DNA from: Euprymna scolopes
Taxonomy: Eukaryota
Direction: 5' to 3' (one strand)
NCBI GenBank assembly: GCA_053919585.1
Contig: CM132785.1
Length of the DNA stretch: 64,000 nt
The translations under genes were made by a program, and so were the position numbers. Below, piece by piece: positions 52,346 through 64,000 of the stretch (positions are counted from its first letter, which is position 1; every line of letters starts with the position of its first letter). The notes under the pieces were generated by a model, which was not told the DNA's origin, ran no database searches, and saw only the letters and a program-made list of their open reading frames with translations.

Positions 52346-52860
52346 AAAAAAAAAAAAAGAAAATTTGCATTGTAAATGGGCCATAATAATGCCTAACACA
52401 TTAAGGTATATTCTATCTGTTAAATATTTCTATTAAACAGAATATTCTGTACAATTTAATTTATACATTACATTTATTATTAAAAAAAAAAACATTTTCC
52501 ATTGTAAATGGGCCATAATAATGCCCAACACATTAAGGTATATTCTATCTGTTAAATATTTCTATTAAACAGAATATTCTGTACAATTTAATTTATATAT
52601 TACATTTATTATTAAAAAAAAAAAAATTTTCCATTGTAAATGGGCCATAATAATGCCCAACACATTAAGGTATATTCTACCTGTTAAATATTTCTATTAA
52701 ACAATATTCTGTACAATTTAATTTATACATTACATTTATTATAAAAAAAAAAAGAAAATTTGCATTGTAAATGGGCCATAATAATGCCTAACACATTAAG
52801 GTATATTCTACCCGTTAAATATTTCTATTAAACAGAATATTCTGTACAATTTAATTTAAA
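52331..52860 (+). repeat. ~132-bp tandem repeat (4 copies) in the BEL/Pao 3' UTR
   Basis: tacatttattat(A)n...cattgtaaatgggccataataatgcc...acagaatattctgtacaatttaattta. Confidence 0.9.
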
Positions 52861-53562
52861 CACTTTACGTAGCAATCACAAATATTGTAACTGATTGCCT
52901 TTATATAGCATGCAACGATTTCAATCGTCGCATTATTTGTTGTTGTTGGGAGAGTATAAAAAAAAGTAGTTACCTCCCTTTGTTCAAACTAATCGACCAC
53001 TTCTCCTTTCTGAAAGCCCTATTTTGATTGGCTAGGATGAAGCTCCTTGGCCAATCAACAAACATTTAATATAAGCAGAATTCTGGAAAAACAGATTCGC
53101 ACTTTTTTTTAATCAATCGTCGGCCTATAAACAACTATGGAAAATCTCTCCTAAATTTGCCGCCGAATTTTGATTGAACTTTTTCAGGGAGCCGTCCAAG
53201 ACTTTGGACGATAAAGAACTTTTTATTGGACTTCTAAAGCCGCAAACACAATTAGTTTTGCAAGAACCTTTTCCTTGTAATATTTTCAATTTAATATACA
53301 TAATTTTCTCCAATTCTTGTAAGTTCAGCAATCTTTATTTCTGTATTTCCCACTTCCTACTTCAACAAGACACCAGCTCCCGGCAATCGCTATAGTTGGT
53401 CTACCGAATACCATTAAGAAACCAGCACCAGGGCCGCAACATGATAGCATAAAAGAAAATGATTCTAAAGAAAAAGAGATGAAAGGGTATGCAGACAAAA
53501 ACGGCCTGCAGAAAACAGAAGCAAACAAAGATATGCAGAATTTGAACAAGGTTAATTTTATT

Positions 53563-54245
53563 AAACACTAGCGGGGGTACCCGGCGTTGCCCGAGTGTTT
53601 GTTTCCGGGACGGGGGGGGGGGAGTTTTAAAAAATGTTATGGTAGGTAAGTAGGAAGGATCAAACCCGGAGTCATGAGTAAAAGTAGGAAAATAAAGTGT
53701 AAAAAAAAAAAACAAAAACATCTGCAACGTTAACAGTTCGGCCACCAAGAAAAGTCCATTCCAGTTGTTTAGGAAAAAAAACAAAAAAAAACGACTACGG
53801 TAGGTCGGCGCGAACGTGAAAATATAATGTGAATTGTCCAGCACGCTAACCACTACGCCACAGAGCACTGCAGCTTAGTTTAGTGATTTTAAATAACTTC
53901 ACATGAAAGAACTACGAAGCCAAACCGGTGTTCTCTTCTCAACTGTTCCTTGTGAACGATCCCCAAACGGTGTTAAGTGGTGGCAGGGGGAGGAGGAATT
54001 TATTAGAGAGAAAATATTTTACCACTTCCATTGATCTTAACCGATTTTGGCCGTGACTTCTCAGCAGAAAAAGTATAGAAATCTAAGATTATCGAGGAAT
54101 TTGAGAAATAATAAGCCTATAACACACCTCAGATATTGTTCTGCCGTTTGTGCATATTATATTTGCATGAAATATCTTGATTTTTAATCCTATTAAGGTC
54201 AAAATCCGACGGGAAAAAATGAATTCATTTTATTTATATAGAGAT
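53563..54245 (+). mobile_element. Non-autonomous Helitron-like element (Lep1-type ends)
   Basis: 5' actagc...acccggcgttgcccg hairpin end and 3' ttttatttatatagagat end. Confidence 0.6.
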
Positions 54246-55836
54246 AATGAAGGGGGAAAAACAACAACAAAAAAAGTCTCCAACCTTTGCCCTTCCAATC
54301 ACGTGTCTGGATCATTCTAAACTTGTGGAGATTATCCTGAAACAGTGAATATTTTTTTTACTAAAATTTATTTCTGTGCATCTGACTGATGTCGGTTTTA
54401 TTGTCGATTGTTACGTGTTACTTGACTCAGTTCCTTTACTCATGCTTGTGTTGTGGGGTGCATCGATGAATATCAACATTTTAATAGATATTTTTTAATG
54501 TATAAATTTAATTTTATTGAACACTATGAAGGTGATAAAAGAAGACTCCAACCTTCCTCCAACTATCACGTGTCTCGTCATTCTAGGCCATTCTCTTGGA
54601 GACTACCCTGAAAGAAACGAGTATATATTTTTTATTAGACTCCATGTATGTCAAAAACTTCACTTTTAACTCTTGCACCAGTTAGGGTTGCAAGAAATCA
54701 AATAGATCGCCAATAATATGGTCAGATAGTTCCTTCTTGAATCCACGAGAGAGATCTTCCAATTTACACATGAAGGGGCAAGAGCACCTTATCTGAGTGC
54801 TTCCTTGATACAATGTTTTTTGTGTTTGTATATATCCTGCTTGTTAATGTGCTTCTTTATGTATGTGTGACAGTGCACCTTATCACCAATCTCTATGAGA
54901 GATAATCACTATCCCTATGACAGAACCACAAGTAAGAGAATTCTGGGCTTGGTGTTGCTATAAGCACCACACTATGTACAATTACGAAGATAAATATTGC
55001 AAACCATGGGACTCAGAAGAAAGATATGATTGTCATGATCTGTGCTTCCTCGATGGCTAACATGAGTGACACTGTTTTCATCCTATGAATGTTGACTGCT
55101 CATTTAATTTCAGGAACAAGAACATCAAAGACCTCAATTGAGTAAATAACTTCTCCCATTGCACGCACAACAATACTGACTGAATACAAGAAAGCACAAC
55201 TATCCAACATAAAAAAACAAAGAAAGAAATGATCCACAAAAGTGGATAAACTGAGTGCCATTAATGAAGCCAGCCCAATGAAAGAGGATATCAAAAACGA
55301 ATGAAAGAACTATAGGATATTCTTCTAATAATAATGCAATGGAACAACAAATCGCTGATTAAGTGAAACTTACATACAAGAGAGTTTTGATCTCAGAACT
55401 AGAATGAATGGAAATACAATGAAAGATAAATGAAGAAACAGAACAAGAAAAAGAGGACCGGCAAAACATAAACACTGAAACGTGGAGACAGATAACTGTG
55501 ATTAAATGATTTAATTTGTGACACACCTGTTCTTTTCGCAGCCTGTAAGACCTCGTGCAGACAGAAAGAGTGAAAAGAAAAGAAAAAAAAAGAAATGGTC
55601 ACCTTTTTACATGCTTGGCCAATATGCAAATGAGACAGTTCTAATTGGATACAAAAGAGCCTGATTTTTCCGAGTGCGTGTATGTTAAACTTGATTATTA
55701 AGTGGTGGGTTGTGTCAGCTGTGCGTTGTGTTTTGCAGTTGGATTTTGGAGTTGACTATTGAAGTCGTGAGTTGTGTCTGCAGTGTGTTGTGTGTTGCAA
55801 GCAGATTCTGGTCTAGACTATTGAAATTATGAGTTT

Positions 55837-57190
55837 GTGTCAGTTAAACGTTGGCTTGCAGAAGGAATCCTAGTACCTTGGGATCAAGATGTAAAGATGG
55901 GAGTCTTTCCAATAATGGCAGTGATACAACCCAAGAAGATTAAAGTCAGATCAGTTCCTGATTATCAAGAACTAAATAAGTACATTGCGTGCCATTCTGC
56001 TGGGAACACAATTGATGTCTATGGAGAAACTATGAGGAAGTGGAGGCAGATGATAATGATAACAAAAATCGTGGATTTGAAATTTGCATATTTACAAATT
56101 CATGTTGCAAAATATTTATGAAAGTTCCAATTAGTCCGATATGAAGGAAAGACGTATTGTATTACTGGTATCGTAGTCTCGCTGCCATCATGGCAAGACT
56201 ACTCAAATAGAATAATGGCACGCAACCCAAAACCCAGTCGCGCAGTTGTTTAAAGTTCGTTTCAGCTCCACGTACATTTCCCTTTCTATACCCACGCAAA
56301 TTCTGTGGACTTATAAATGAAACCCTGCCTTTCACGCGGACGTCTTGCAGAGCACCTTATGTCATAAAGATGTTTTTTTCATCCAATCAGATTATGAAGA
56401 AAACAAATTTCAAAAATATTTTTTCAGATAGTGTTTGTGGAGCCGGTTGGAAATCAATAAATAGTGCATTTTGTGCCAAACCAATCAGTCGACCCTAAAC
56501 CAGCATGCTGTAGACTTCATCATTGACTCTATCCCACTGGATGTTAAATGTACGCACAACTGATAATTAATTTTCCATGGAAATTTACTTTTACTCTTTT
56601 CTATCTCTCTGCGAAAGTAAGCGATGAACTTTTAGGTTGGTTAATTATTCCTAAAAAAGGATTGGTTACTTCTAACCGAGAACTTTTACTTTTCTACTTC
56701 ATTTCATTTTATTACCTCGGTCGCAGGAAGAGACATTTAAGAAGAAACTTTCTTGTCTTCTCTTTTCACTTAATATCGATTTTTAAGAAAATAAATTTTG
56801 TATTAAATTTATTCATCTGCCTCAGTGATCTTTTTTTCTAGTGATTGTTCAACTCTATTTTACACATTTTATTTTTATTTATTTGTTTTTGAGCTTGCGA
56901 GACTAACAATGGCACCTGTAGTCCCGCAACACTGGATTGAGGGTTTGGGTTTAATGTTGCCCCAAAAATCATGGCAAAAATTTTGAAAACTGCTCTCAAT
57001 AAAAGTAGCCCCATTAAGGAGAACACAGATTCAGCAAAATCACCAGATTCATTGAAAGGAGGAACAGTGTTGGGTCTCCAACTCAATACTGATAGTGCAC
57101 AAAGATTGATATTTATGAGAGGAAATGACCTGCCAGAGGTACATAATAAAATGAGCAGGCATGAACTGTTTTCTGCCTGTGGAAAATAAA
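55837..57190 (+). pseudogene. Gypsy-like RT remnant split by a solo LTR
   Basis: PIMAVIQPKKIKVR, DLKFAYLQIHV and GKTYC, then GFGLNVAPKIMAKIL after the LTR. Confidence 0.75.
56169..56931 (+). mobile_element. Solo LTR with 4-bp TSD CTGG
   Basis: CTGG at 56165-56168 and 56932-56935; ends tatcgtagtct...agtcccgcaaca; same family as 43186-44426. Confidence 0.8.
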
Positions 57191-57223
57191 TAGGCCACTA
57201 CCTAAAATCTGGATGGTTTACTA

Positions 57224-57312
57224 ATGAAATGCCATGCTGGATACAAGTTTACTAACACAGACAAAAGAATGAACCATCTAATGTATATGGTTGATCTGAA
57301 ACTTTTTGCAAG
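57224..57312 (+). pseudogene. Short RT catalytic-motif fragment of an R4-like LINE
   Basis: AGYKFTNTDKRMNHLMYMVDLKLFA resembles NHLMYMDDLKLFA. Confidence 0.65.
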
Positions 57313-57577
57313 AATGATTTCCACCTCCCCTTCCTATCTCCCTCCACTTCATATCCCTCTCTTTCTCATCTACCTCCTCTTCTCATCTACCTCTCCTTCT
57401 CATCTTCTTCCTTACCCCCCCTCTTTCTTCCTTCTCCCTCTTTCCTCCCCTTTACCTCCCTCTCCCTAAAAAAATTGTAGCCGATGCCGGCACTACACCA
57501 AATAGTCGAAGGATCAAGGAAGATGGAAAGACCAAGGAGTGAAAGTACTTACCAGAACTCCACTAGATAGATGCGGA

Positions 57578-57762
57578 CAGGGACGTGCAGCGGGGGGGGG
57601 GGATGTTAGGGGTGCCAAAGCACCTGATCCTTTTACTCCTGTTTTAAAAGTGCCCTTTTCATAGGAATGTATTATAGGCCTGTGCCCCTGCCCCACCAGT
57701 ACTTTTTTTTTTTTTTTATATATATAAGCATCTGCCCTGAAAAAGTTCTCTGCATGTCACTG
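57578..57762. mobile_element. hAT-type MITE (185 bp)
   Basis: TIR cagggacgtgcag / ctgcatgtcactg; 8-bp TSD gatgcgga / ggtgcgga. Confidence 0.8.
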
Positions 57763-58196
57763 GGTGCGGAGAGGACTATGATGTTGGGGAGGCTTAATAC
57801 CACCCAAATTCCAGTGAAAACCAATGGTTATTGCCAGCGAGAAATCATCGGCAACCGACTGTTAACACAAATTTATTTGCAAATGTTGTCAAAAGATTAC
57901 TGGAAATCTGGGGCGACTTGTTGTCATTCAGACTCTGGGAAACACCACCGGTTTTTATCAGTGAACAATCTCTCTTGATGACCTGTGTGACACTCATCCT
58001 AATTGAAGTAATAATAAACTTACGAGCGTCTAATAGAGAAAGAGGGAGGAAGGGAGGGCGTTTGAGAATAACTGATGATGCTAATGACGCATGCGCCGAC
58101 TACTCGAATCCTTGATGAGATTCACTTCTAATCAAAACACACACAGAGTCGTTGTTTCCATGCCAAACGAAAGAACGTTAGATAATTGTGAGTATC

Positions 58197-58282
<86 letters not shown>

Positions 58283-58573
58283 TTTCTCTAATCAAAAGAA
58301 AGACTAATTTCATGGGGGAAAAATGTCGGTAGTTAAAATTAGAAAAAAAAAATATTAAAAACTGACATTTAAAATGAATTTAGTCTCGTTATCGATTTTA
58401 TTTTATTCGAGTTATGTAAAATTTTGGATGAATTATATAAAGGAAAGTTTATTTAATTTCAAGCGATTACAAACACACAAATGGCGTCGCAAATCTGATC
58501 ATTTTTGTTTGTTGATATTCAAATTTATCGTTAATTCGTTTATAATAACAAAATTTGAAGGAAAAATATGGAT

Positions 58574-59113
58574 AAAACTTGCATAGAAAGCTCTGTTTTA
58601 AGATTATTTAAAAAATGGAACAGAAATTGAAATTTCGTCCCGTTTTAATCTTTAATAGAAATGAAAGTTTTTTTTATATAAAAATAACAATTCGTTAAGA
58701 AAAACGAAATAATTTAATTTTTAAACGAAAAAATTCACATTGCTGTATCTTTTTGGTATTTTTTTTAAACATAAGCCCAACTCACCATTCACTTTGGAAA
58801 TGTCGAGTTTTATAGGTTTTCGGGTATACTTACAGCGAATACCCCCTCCCCGTGTTAAGAATAGCTTTCGGAATAGACACCTCCAGCCTCCCCATGTTAA
58901 GAACGGCTGTCGGAATAAACACACCCAACCTCCCCATGTTAAGAACAACTTTCAGAATAGACACAGCCAACCTTATTAGTATACCCGAAAACCTATAAAA
59001 GCTAACATGTTGAATGTGAACGATGAATTGGACTAAGATGAAAATGGAACGAAATTTAAATTTCCGTTCCATTTTTAAGATAACCGTAAAACAGAGCGTT
59101 CTCTGCAAGTTTT
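58574..59113. mobile_element. Foldback-type element: nested inverted arms around three 42-bp repeats
   Basis: Outer arms ~58574-58652 / ~59035-59113; inner arms ttttataggttttcgggtatact / agtatacccgaaaacctataaaa; units at 58845, 58887 and 58929. Confidence 0.8.
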
Positions 59114-61049
59114 TCCAAAATATGTTTGCTCACAATCGTTTCCAGAAATTTATATTTTCTTTTTGTCGGAAGGCGCCATGTCTGCCATGCTTTGTCACTA
59201 AAATAAAGAAAATCTTTACACGATGACATACCATTGTATTAGATAAATATAATCATTTAAAAAATTCAATTAAAAATTTAACCCTAAGTAAATATCACAT
59301 ATAATATCATCACTTAGTGTGTACTATAGGCAACTCCAAAATTCACCACAGAATTACCCCCCCCCCTATATGTAAAACGATGTAACTTTATTATAAGTTA
59401 ATATTAAAAAAAAAAAAAAAAAAGAAACTTCCTAAAAATTCATTAAGTTTTAAAAGATTTTTAAATGCTTAAATTTCTATCATTGCAAAATGTTTTGTTA
59501 CAATATAGATTTTTAATTAATTGCATTTATCACCAAGTCCAAGCTTCGAATGCGTATTTTACTTCTCCATAGCATCAAATTTTCACAAAGTCCAGCTTTT
59601 GAATACGTATATAAATTATCCACGGCATTACGAATTTTCACTTTGACTTTCAAATGCACATTTAACATTCAAACGAAACATCATATGTTAACAGAAAACC
59701 ATTAAACTTCTGCCCGAAGTGTATTGAAGTATTTAATGCACGTTACATTTAAACGTTATTAAATATTTTATGTTTTTATGAAAATAACTACCAGTAAATA
59801 AATATGCACATATTCTAAATTATACATAGCGTGGTGAATTTTCTCGTTGACTTCTGAATGTGCCTCGAACATTTAACTGAATCGTATTCCAACGCATTCA
59901 CTTTATGAGACATGACGACAATTAAAAAAGAAAATCTAATGAATCCTATCTGAAGTTTTTAAAATTCGACACCAATTCTCTCTCGACACTCAATTTTTTT
60001 AAAAGGTCGACGTGAAGCATTTCAGTCTTTCTTCTTCGCAACACCTCCAAACCTCGACACGACTCATTCATTCTTTCTATTTTTTCAACGCCTTCAACTT
60101 TAGAAGTTGATGCGTATCATATAATATTCTCATTCTCTCAACACTTTTAATTTTTAAAGTCCTACATGAATCATTTAAATCTTTCCATTTCTCAAAGCCT
60201 TCAACTTTTAAAATTTGACACATATCATGTAATACTCCCATTCTCTTGACACTTTCAATTTCCAAAGTTCTTTGCCGAAATAGCTTGTAATTAAATCAAA
60301 CTCGACTCTTGTCAGCATTCAACTGCCATTATAATATCTGATCCGTTTAGTCCAGTTCTTCAAACTCAACTCCCTGCCTCCTTGATTTCTGGTCTTTTTA
60401 TAGTATCATTTATCAAACCAAATTATATTTATCACGATAAAGTGAATGTATGAAATACAAGTGCCAACCCAGGAACTCCAATGCTAAATAAATCTATGAA
60501 CTAAAAGATAGGAACACAATACATTTAAAAAGAAAAGAGGAAACACTGTCAAATTTACAAGAATGTATAAGATATAACAGTATACTAGGTAGGTGATTCA
60601 TTATTTTATTGTTATTATTATAAAAACAAACTATCACTATCACTTATTGTAAACAGGTACCATACGCTGTTTATTCAATTTTGTGAATCAATAATAATCA
60701 CCAATCCTCTTGTTCAAAGAAAAAAAATTCTATTTCATCCAATGGTGCTAATTGTTAATTCTTTTTATAAACAATAGCTGACCAAATACCTCCTCAACTC
60801 TATAGATTGGCAAAATATCAATTTGTTGAATTTTAATGGACCACTCAAGGACGTCAGAAGGGAAGTAAAAGTAAATTATTTGTTGCTGTGATTTGGGATT
60901 GAAGGCCATGTTGTGAGTGACACATTCAAATTTGAGGAAATTCAAATGCGTAATGTAGAAAACTAAAATAAGAAATTTCACGCATATATAGAGCTGAGGT
61001 CAAACTTTTGTGTCTCAAGATACCAGTTCCTACAGTGCTGCAACAACCT

Positions 61050-63510
61050 GACAACTCAGCTTATGCATTTTGAAGAAGTTAAGGCAAATTATAAAACATT
61101 GTGAGAATGATCAACCCATCAGGAAAAAAATTCTAGTCAACCATTATATTCTTGGGCTCAACCTCATCCTCAGAAAAGTCCTTACTCAAAGAAGGGAATA
61201 ACTTCAACATCACAGAAGTCCTACACATCACAGAAACAGAAGAGGCAATATTGAAGCATTTGGAGGCAATAAAAACACACACAAAGTACACCACAGATTC
61301 CCCAGGAAAAACACAATATGCCCATGCAATAAAGGCTGGGAGAGAGTACTATAACAGTTGCTACTTTGTTGGTTAAACCCTTACAGAGGCGAATGCCCAG
61401 CGAAAGTAAAAACCTATGAAAAGTGTGAGAGGACAGCATTTTGCAGTCACTTGCTGCATCAGAGACATGACAGACTCTACTTGTAAACGAAATGGGCCTC
61501 CATGATCAACAAAAAACTCAAGAAATAGAAACAGCCACAATATAACAACACACAGTGATGGGGAAGATGACTATTCACCGACAAAGGCATACTTCATTAC
61601 CATATCTGAGCTCAAAATACCAAAATCTCATAGACAAGCAGATACAAGAGAGGCATATGCAGAATTAAGAGTAGGGAACAATATGTCCCAAATAGAATTA
61701 AATGCAAAGGTTCTATGAGTAACCTTATTTCTTGGGAGTGCTTCAAACAACTTAAGCATGTACACCTTTGAGACATTCCAATCCGACTATTCGACTTTAA
61801 GAGCGTCTCAGTTAACCAAGTGAGTGTGTTTCACCTAGTGGTCAGATACAGTGATAAATTTACAAGCACCAACTTCCATGTGATAAAAAGCATTGGACAC
61901 ACATAACTTGGCCTTCAAACCTCAGGGAAACTGGAACTAGCGATTCTTTATTTCATAATAGGGACCAATATATCTGATGAAGATCACACCAGTTCAACTG
62001 CAGCAACACAATCAAAACCAGCAGGAAACATGGAAAAGAGAGCACATACTCAAGGAATTTGCTGATGAGTTTAAAGGCACTGGATACCTACCTGGAGAGT
62101 ACAGCATTAAGAGTGACCTGTCAGTACCTTCAGTAGGACATCCACCCCATTGAGTACCAATAGCCTTGAAAGAGAAATTCCAAGTGGAGCTAGACTCGTT
62201 TGTAGACCAGAACATAATAACTCTCATAACTAACCAATGTCCTGAGTCAACTCTTTTTTATGCATCACAAAACCCAACAGATCTGTCAGGCTATGCCTGG
62301 ACCTCAAGGATTTAAACAAGGCTGTGTTGTAGCCACACTTTGTTACACAACCATTTGAGGAAATCGTCTCAGATTTCATGGAGCAAAATGGTTCTCATTA
62401 GTAAATGTGAAATCTGGCTACTAGAATGTGAACCTGGATGAAAAATCAAAGCTAACTCTATTTATCACCCCTGACGGATACTATATATTTAAATGCTTCT
62501 CAATCAGAGGTGAAAGTACACAAGATGAATTTCAGTGAAATATGGTTGAGCCCTTCAGAGACATCAAGAATTTTCTTTCAATATCTGATGATACTTATTT
62601 GTTGGATTTGAGGAGGATTGCATGAGCATGATAAGGCACTCAAGGAACCCTGGAAAGAGCTTGGTATAAGAACTGCAAGTTTGATCCACACAAATTAGTA
62701 GTCTGTGCAGAAATCTGTTTTTTTTTTTTGTCATATCATATCAAGAAATAGAATAAAACAAGACTCAAAGAAGATGGAGGCAATCATCGAGATGAAGCCA
62801 CCAAAAGACGAAAAACAACTAGCAAGCTTCTTTGGGCTAGCAAATTGCTAAAACAAATTTGCACCCCAACTGACAATGGTGACCAAGCCACTCTGAGACC
62901 CTCTGTTGACAAAAACTCAGTTCATCTGGACAACAGGAACAGATAGCATTCAACTGTGTACAAGAGGAAATAGAAAAAGCAATTGTACTTAAATATTTTG
63001 ACCCAAAAGTGCTGATCAATATACAAATACGTGCATCATCAGCTGGACTAGGCACAGTCCTCATCCAAAATGGAATGCCAGTCGCTTTAGTAAGCAAACC
63101 CTGTCAGGGCTAAAGATAAGATACTTCCATATAGAATCCAAAATGCTAGCAGTGATTTTTGGATTGGAAAAATTTCATCACTATACATGGGCCAAGTGGT
63201 GACAGTACAAACAGATCACAAACTGCTAGCATCAATAGCCTTAAAGAATCTATCTAATAGACCGTGAAGGTTAGAAAGAATGTTACTTAAAACCCAAGGC
63301 TATGAGTTCACAATCAAATACAATCTAGGAAAATCTATCCTGATAGCCAACTGCGTGTCCAGAGTGTCACTAAGTCCAGGGGAACAACTCAGTGATGTAA
63401 CCATCAACATTCACCTCAATGCATCTCTCACCTGTCTACAAGATATCAAGACAGAAACATTCAAAGACCCAGCACTGAAAGAGCTCACACTGTTATGTTT
63501 GAATAGCTAA
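61050..63510 (+). pseudogene. Decayed Gypsy (Mag-like) gag-pol remnant
   Basis: FKGTGYLPGEYSI, VPIALKEKFQVELD, KPNRSVRLCLDLKDLNKAV, ASSAGLGTVLIQNGMPVA and TDHKLL. Confidence 0.8.
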
Positions 63511-63849
63511 ACTCAATCCTTAAAAGCAACAAATTCATTATACTCTCTCATTCAAACCGAAAATCCTAAAAGAACTACATTTATCCCACCAAGAGATATA
63601 GAAAACATGTTTACTGGCCTTAACTGTAAACTGTTTTTCATGCTAGAAGTATCAACCCAGTATCTCATCTGTAGCGGATCAGGATATAATACCCTAGCTC
63701 GCCACAAGAAAATAATGAAACGAATGGAATTGAAGGAAACAAAGACTCAATTGATGGATAAGATAAACGTCGTTTATTTACTGTTGAAAGAATGAACATT
63801 TTAGTTATAACATGTATTCATGTCCGTGCGTGTGTAACCAATGTTCGTT

Positions 63850-63910
63850 GCAGGATTGGTGTTGTAGAAGGATAGGAAATGTGTGTTCATCTCAAGTTCG
63901 GGTCACTGTT
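63850..63910 (-). mobile_element. Fragment related to the PBS/leader region of the 15588-18147 element
   Basis: ggaaatgtgtgttcatctcaagttcgggtcac resembles ggaaatgcgtgttcatctcacgtcgggtcac at 17360-17390. Confidence 0.5.
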
Positions 63911-64000
63911 GTTTGTTCGCGCGTGGGAATTGAAGTGAGTGTTGTAGTGGAAATGAGAATCCAGCATGTAGACAAAGAAGAGGATATTAGAGTTGTCATC

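Larger units (their letters stand above)
45596..53394 (+). mobile_element. Near-intact BEL/Pao LTR retrotransposon; LTRs 45596-46035 and 52955-53394; TSD GTTG
   Basis: Two 440-bp LTRs differing at ~5 positions; GTTG at 45592-45595 and 53395-53398; PPT gggagag before the 3' LTR; complete gag-pol. Confidence 0.95.

Noticed and set aside
53836-53866. tRNA gene
   Set aside because: Only a 5'-half-like segment; no adjacent T arm or acceptor-stem closure.
57224-58000. Assigning the host species from LINE fragments and zinc-finger style
   Set aside because: They recall cephalopod/mollusc repeats but are not diagnostic without a database search.

Overview
AT-rich, repeat-dense eukaryotic (animal, probably invertebrate) genomic DNA. 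I found no prokaryotic genes, rRNA, intact tRNA or CRISPR array. Most of the window is nested transposable-element sequence: several decayed Gypsy elements, a nearly intact BEL/Pao element (45596-53394) with a solo LTR and an older remnant, a complete non-autonomous LTR element, further solo LTRs with clear TSDs, a pogo-type and an IS630/Tc1-type transposon, CR1-like LINE remnants, MITE/foldback elements, Helitron-like elements and mini/microsatellites. The only host-type gene is a minus-strand C2H2 zinc-finger gene (27911-28717). Two observations stand out. (1) A 5'-truncated RLE-type LINE (R4/Dong-like) sits in the last linker of that gene. Its stop-free thumb/zinc-knuckle/endonuclease ORF lies in the -1 frame across an A_AAA_AAG heptamer, so one slipped or missing A would give a 706-aa 'natural zinc-finger nuclease'. 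(2) The BEL/Pao element has no tRNA primer-binding site. The PBS position instead holds a perfect 12-nt complement of a sequence inside its own LTR, suggesting Tf1-like self-priming, together with non-canonical TA-starting LTRs and 4-bp TSDs. All calls come from reading motifs by eye; no database searches were run.
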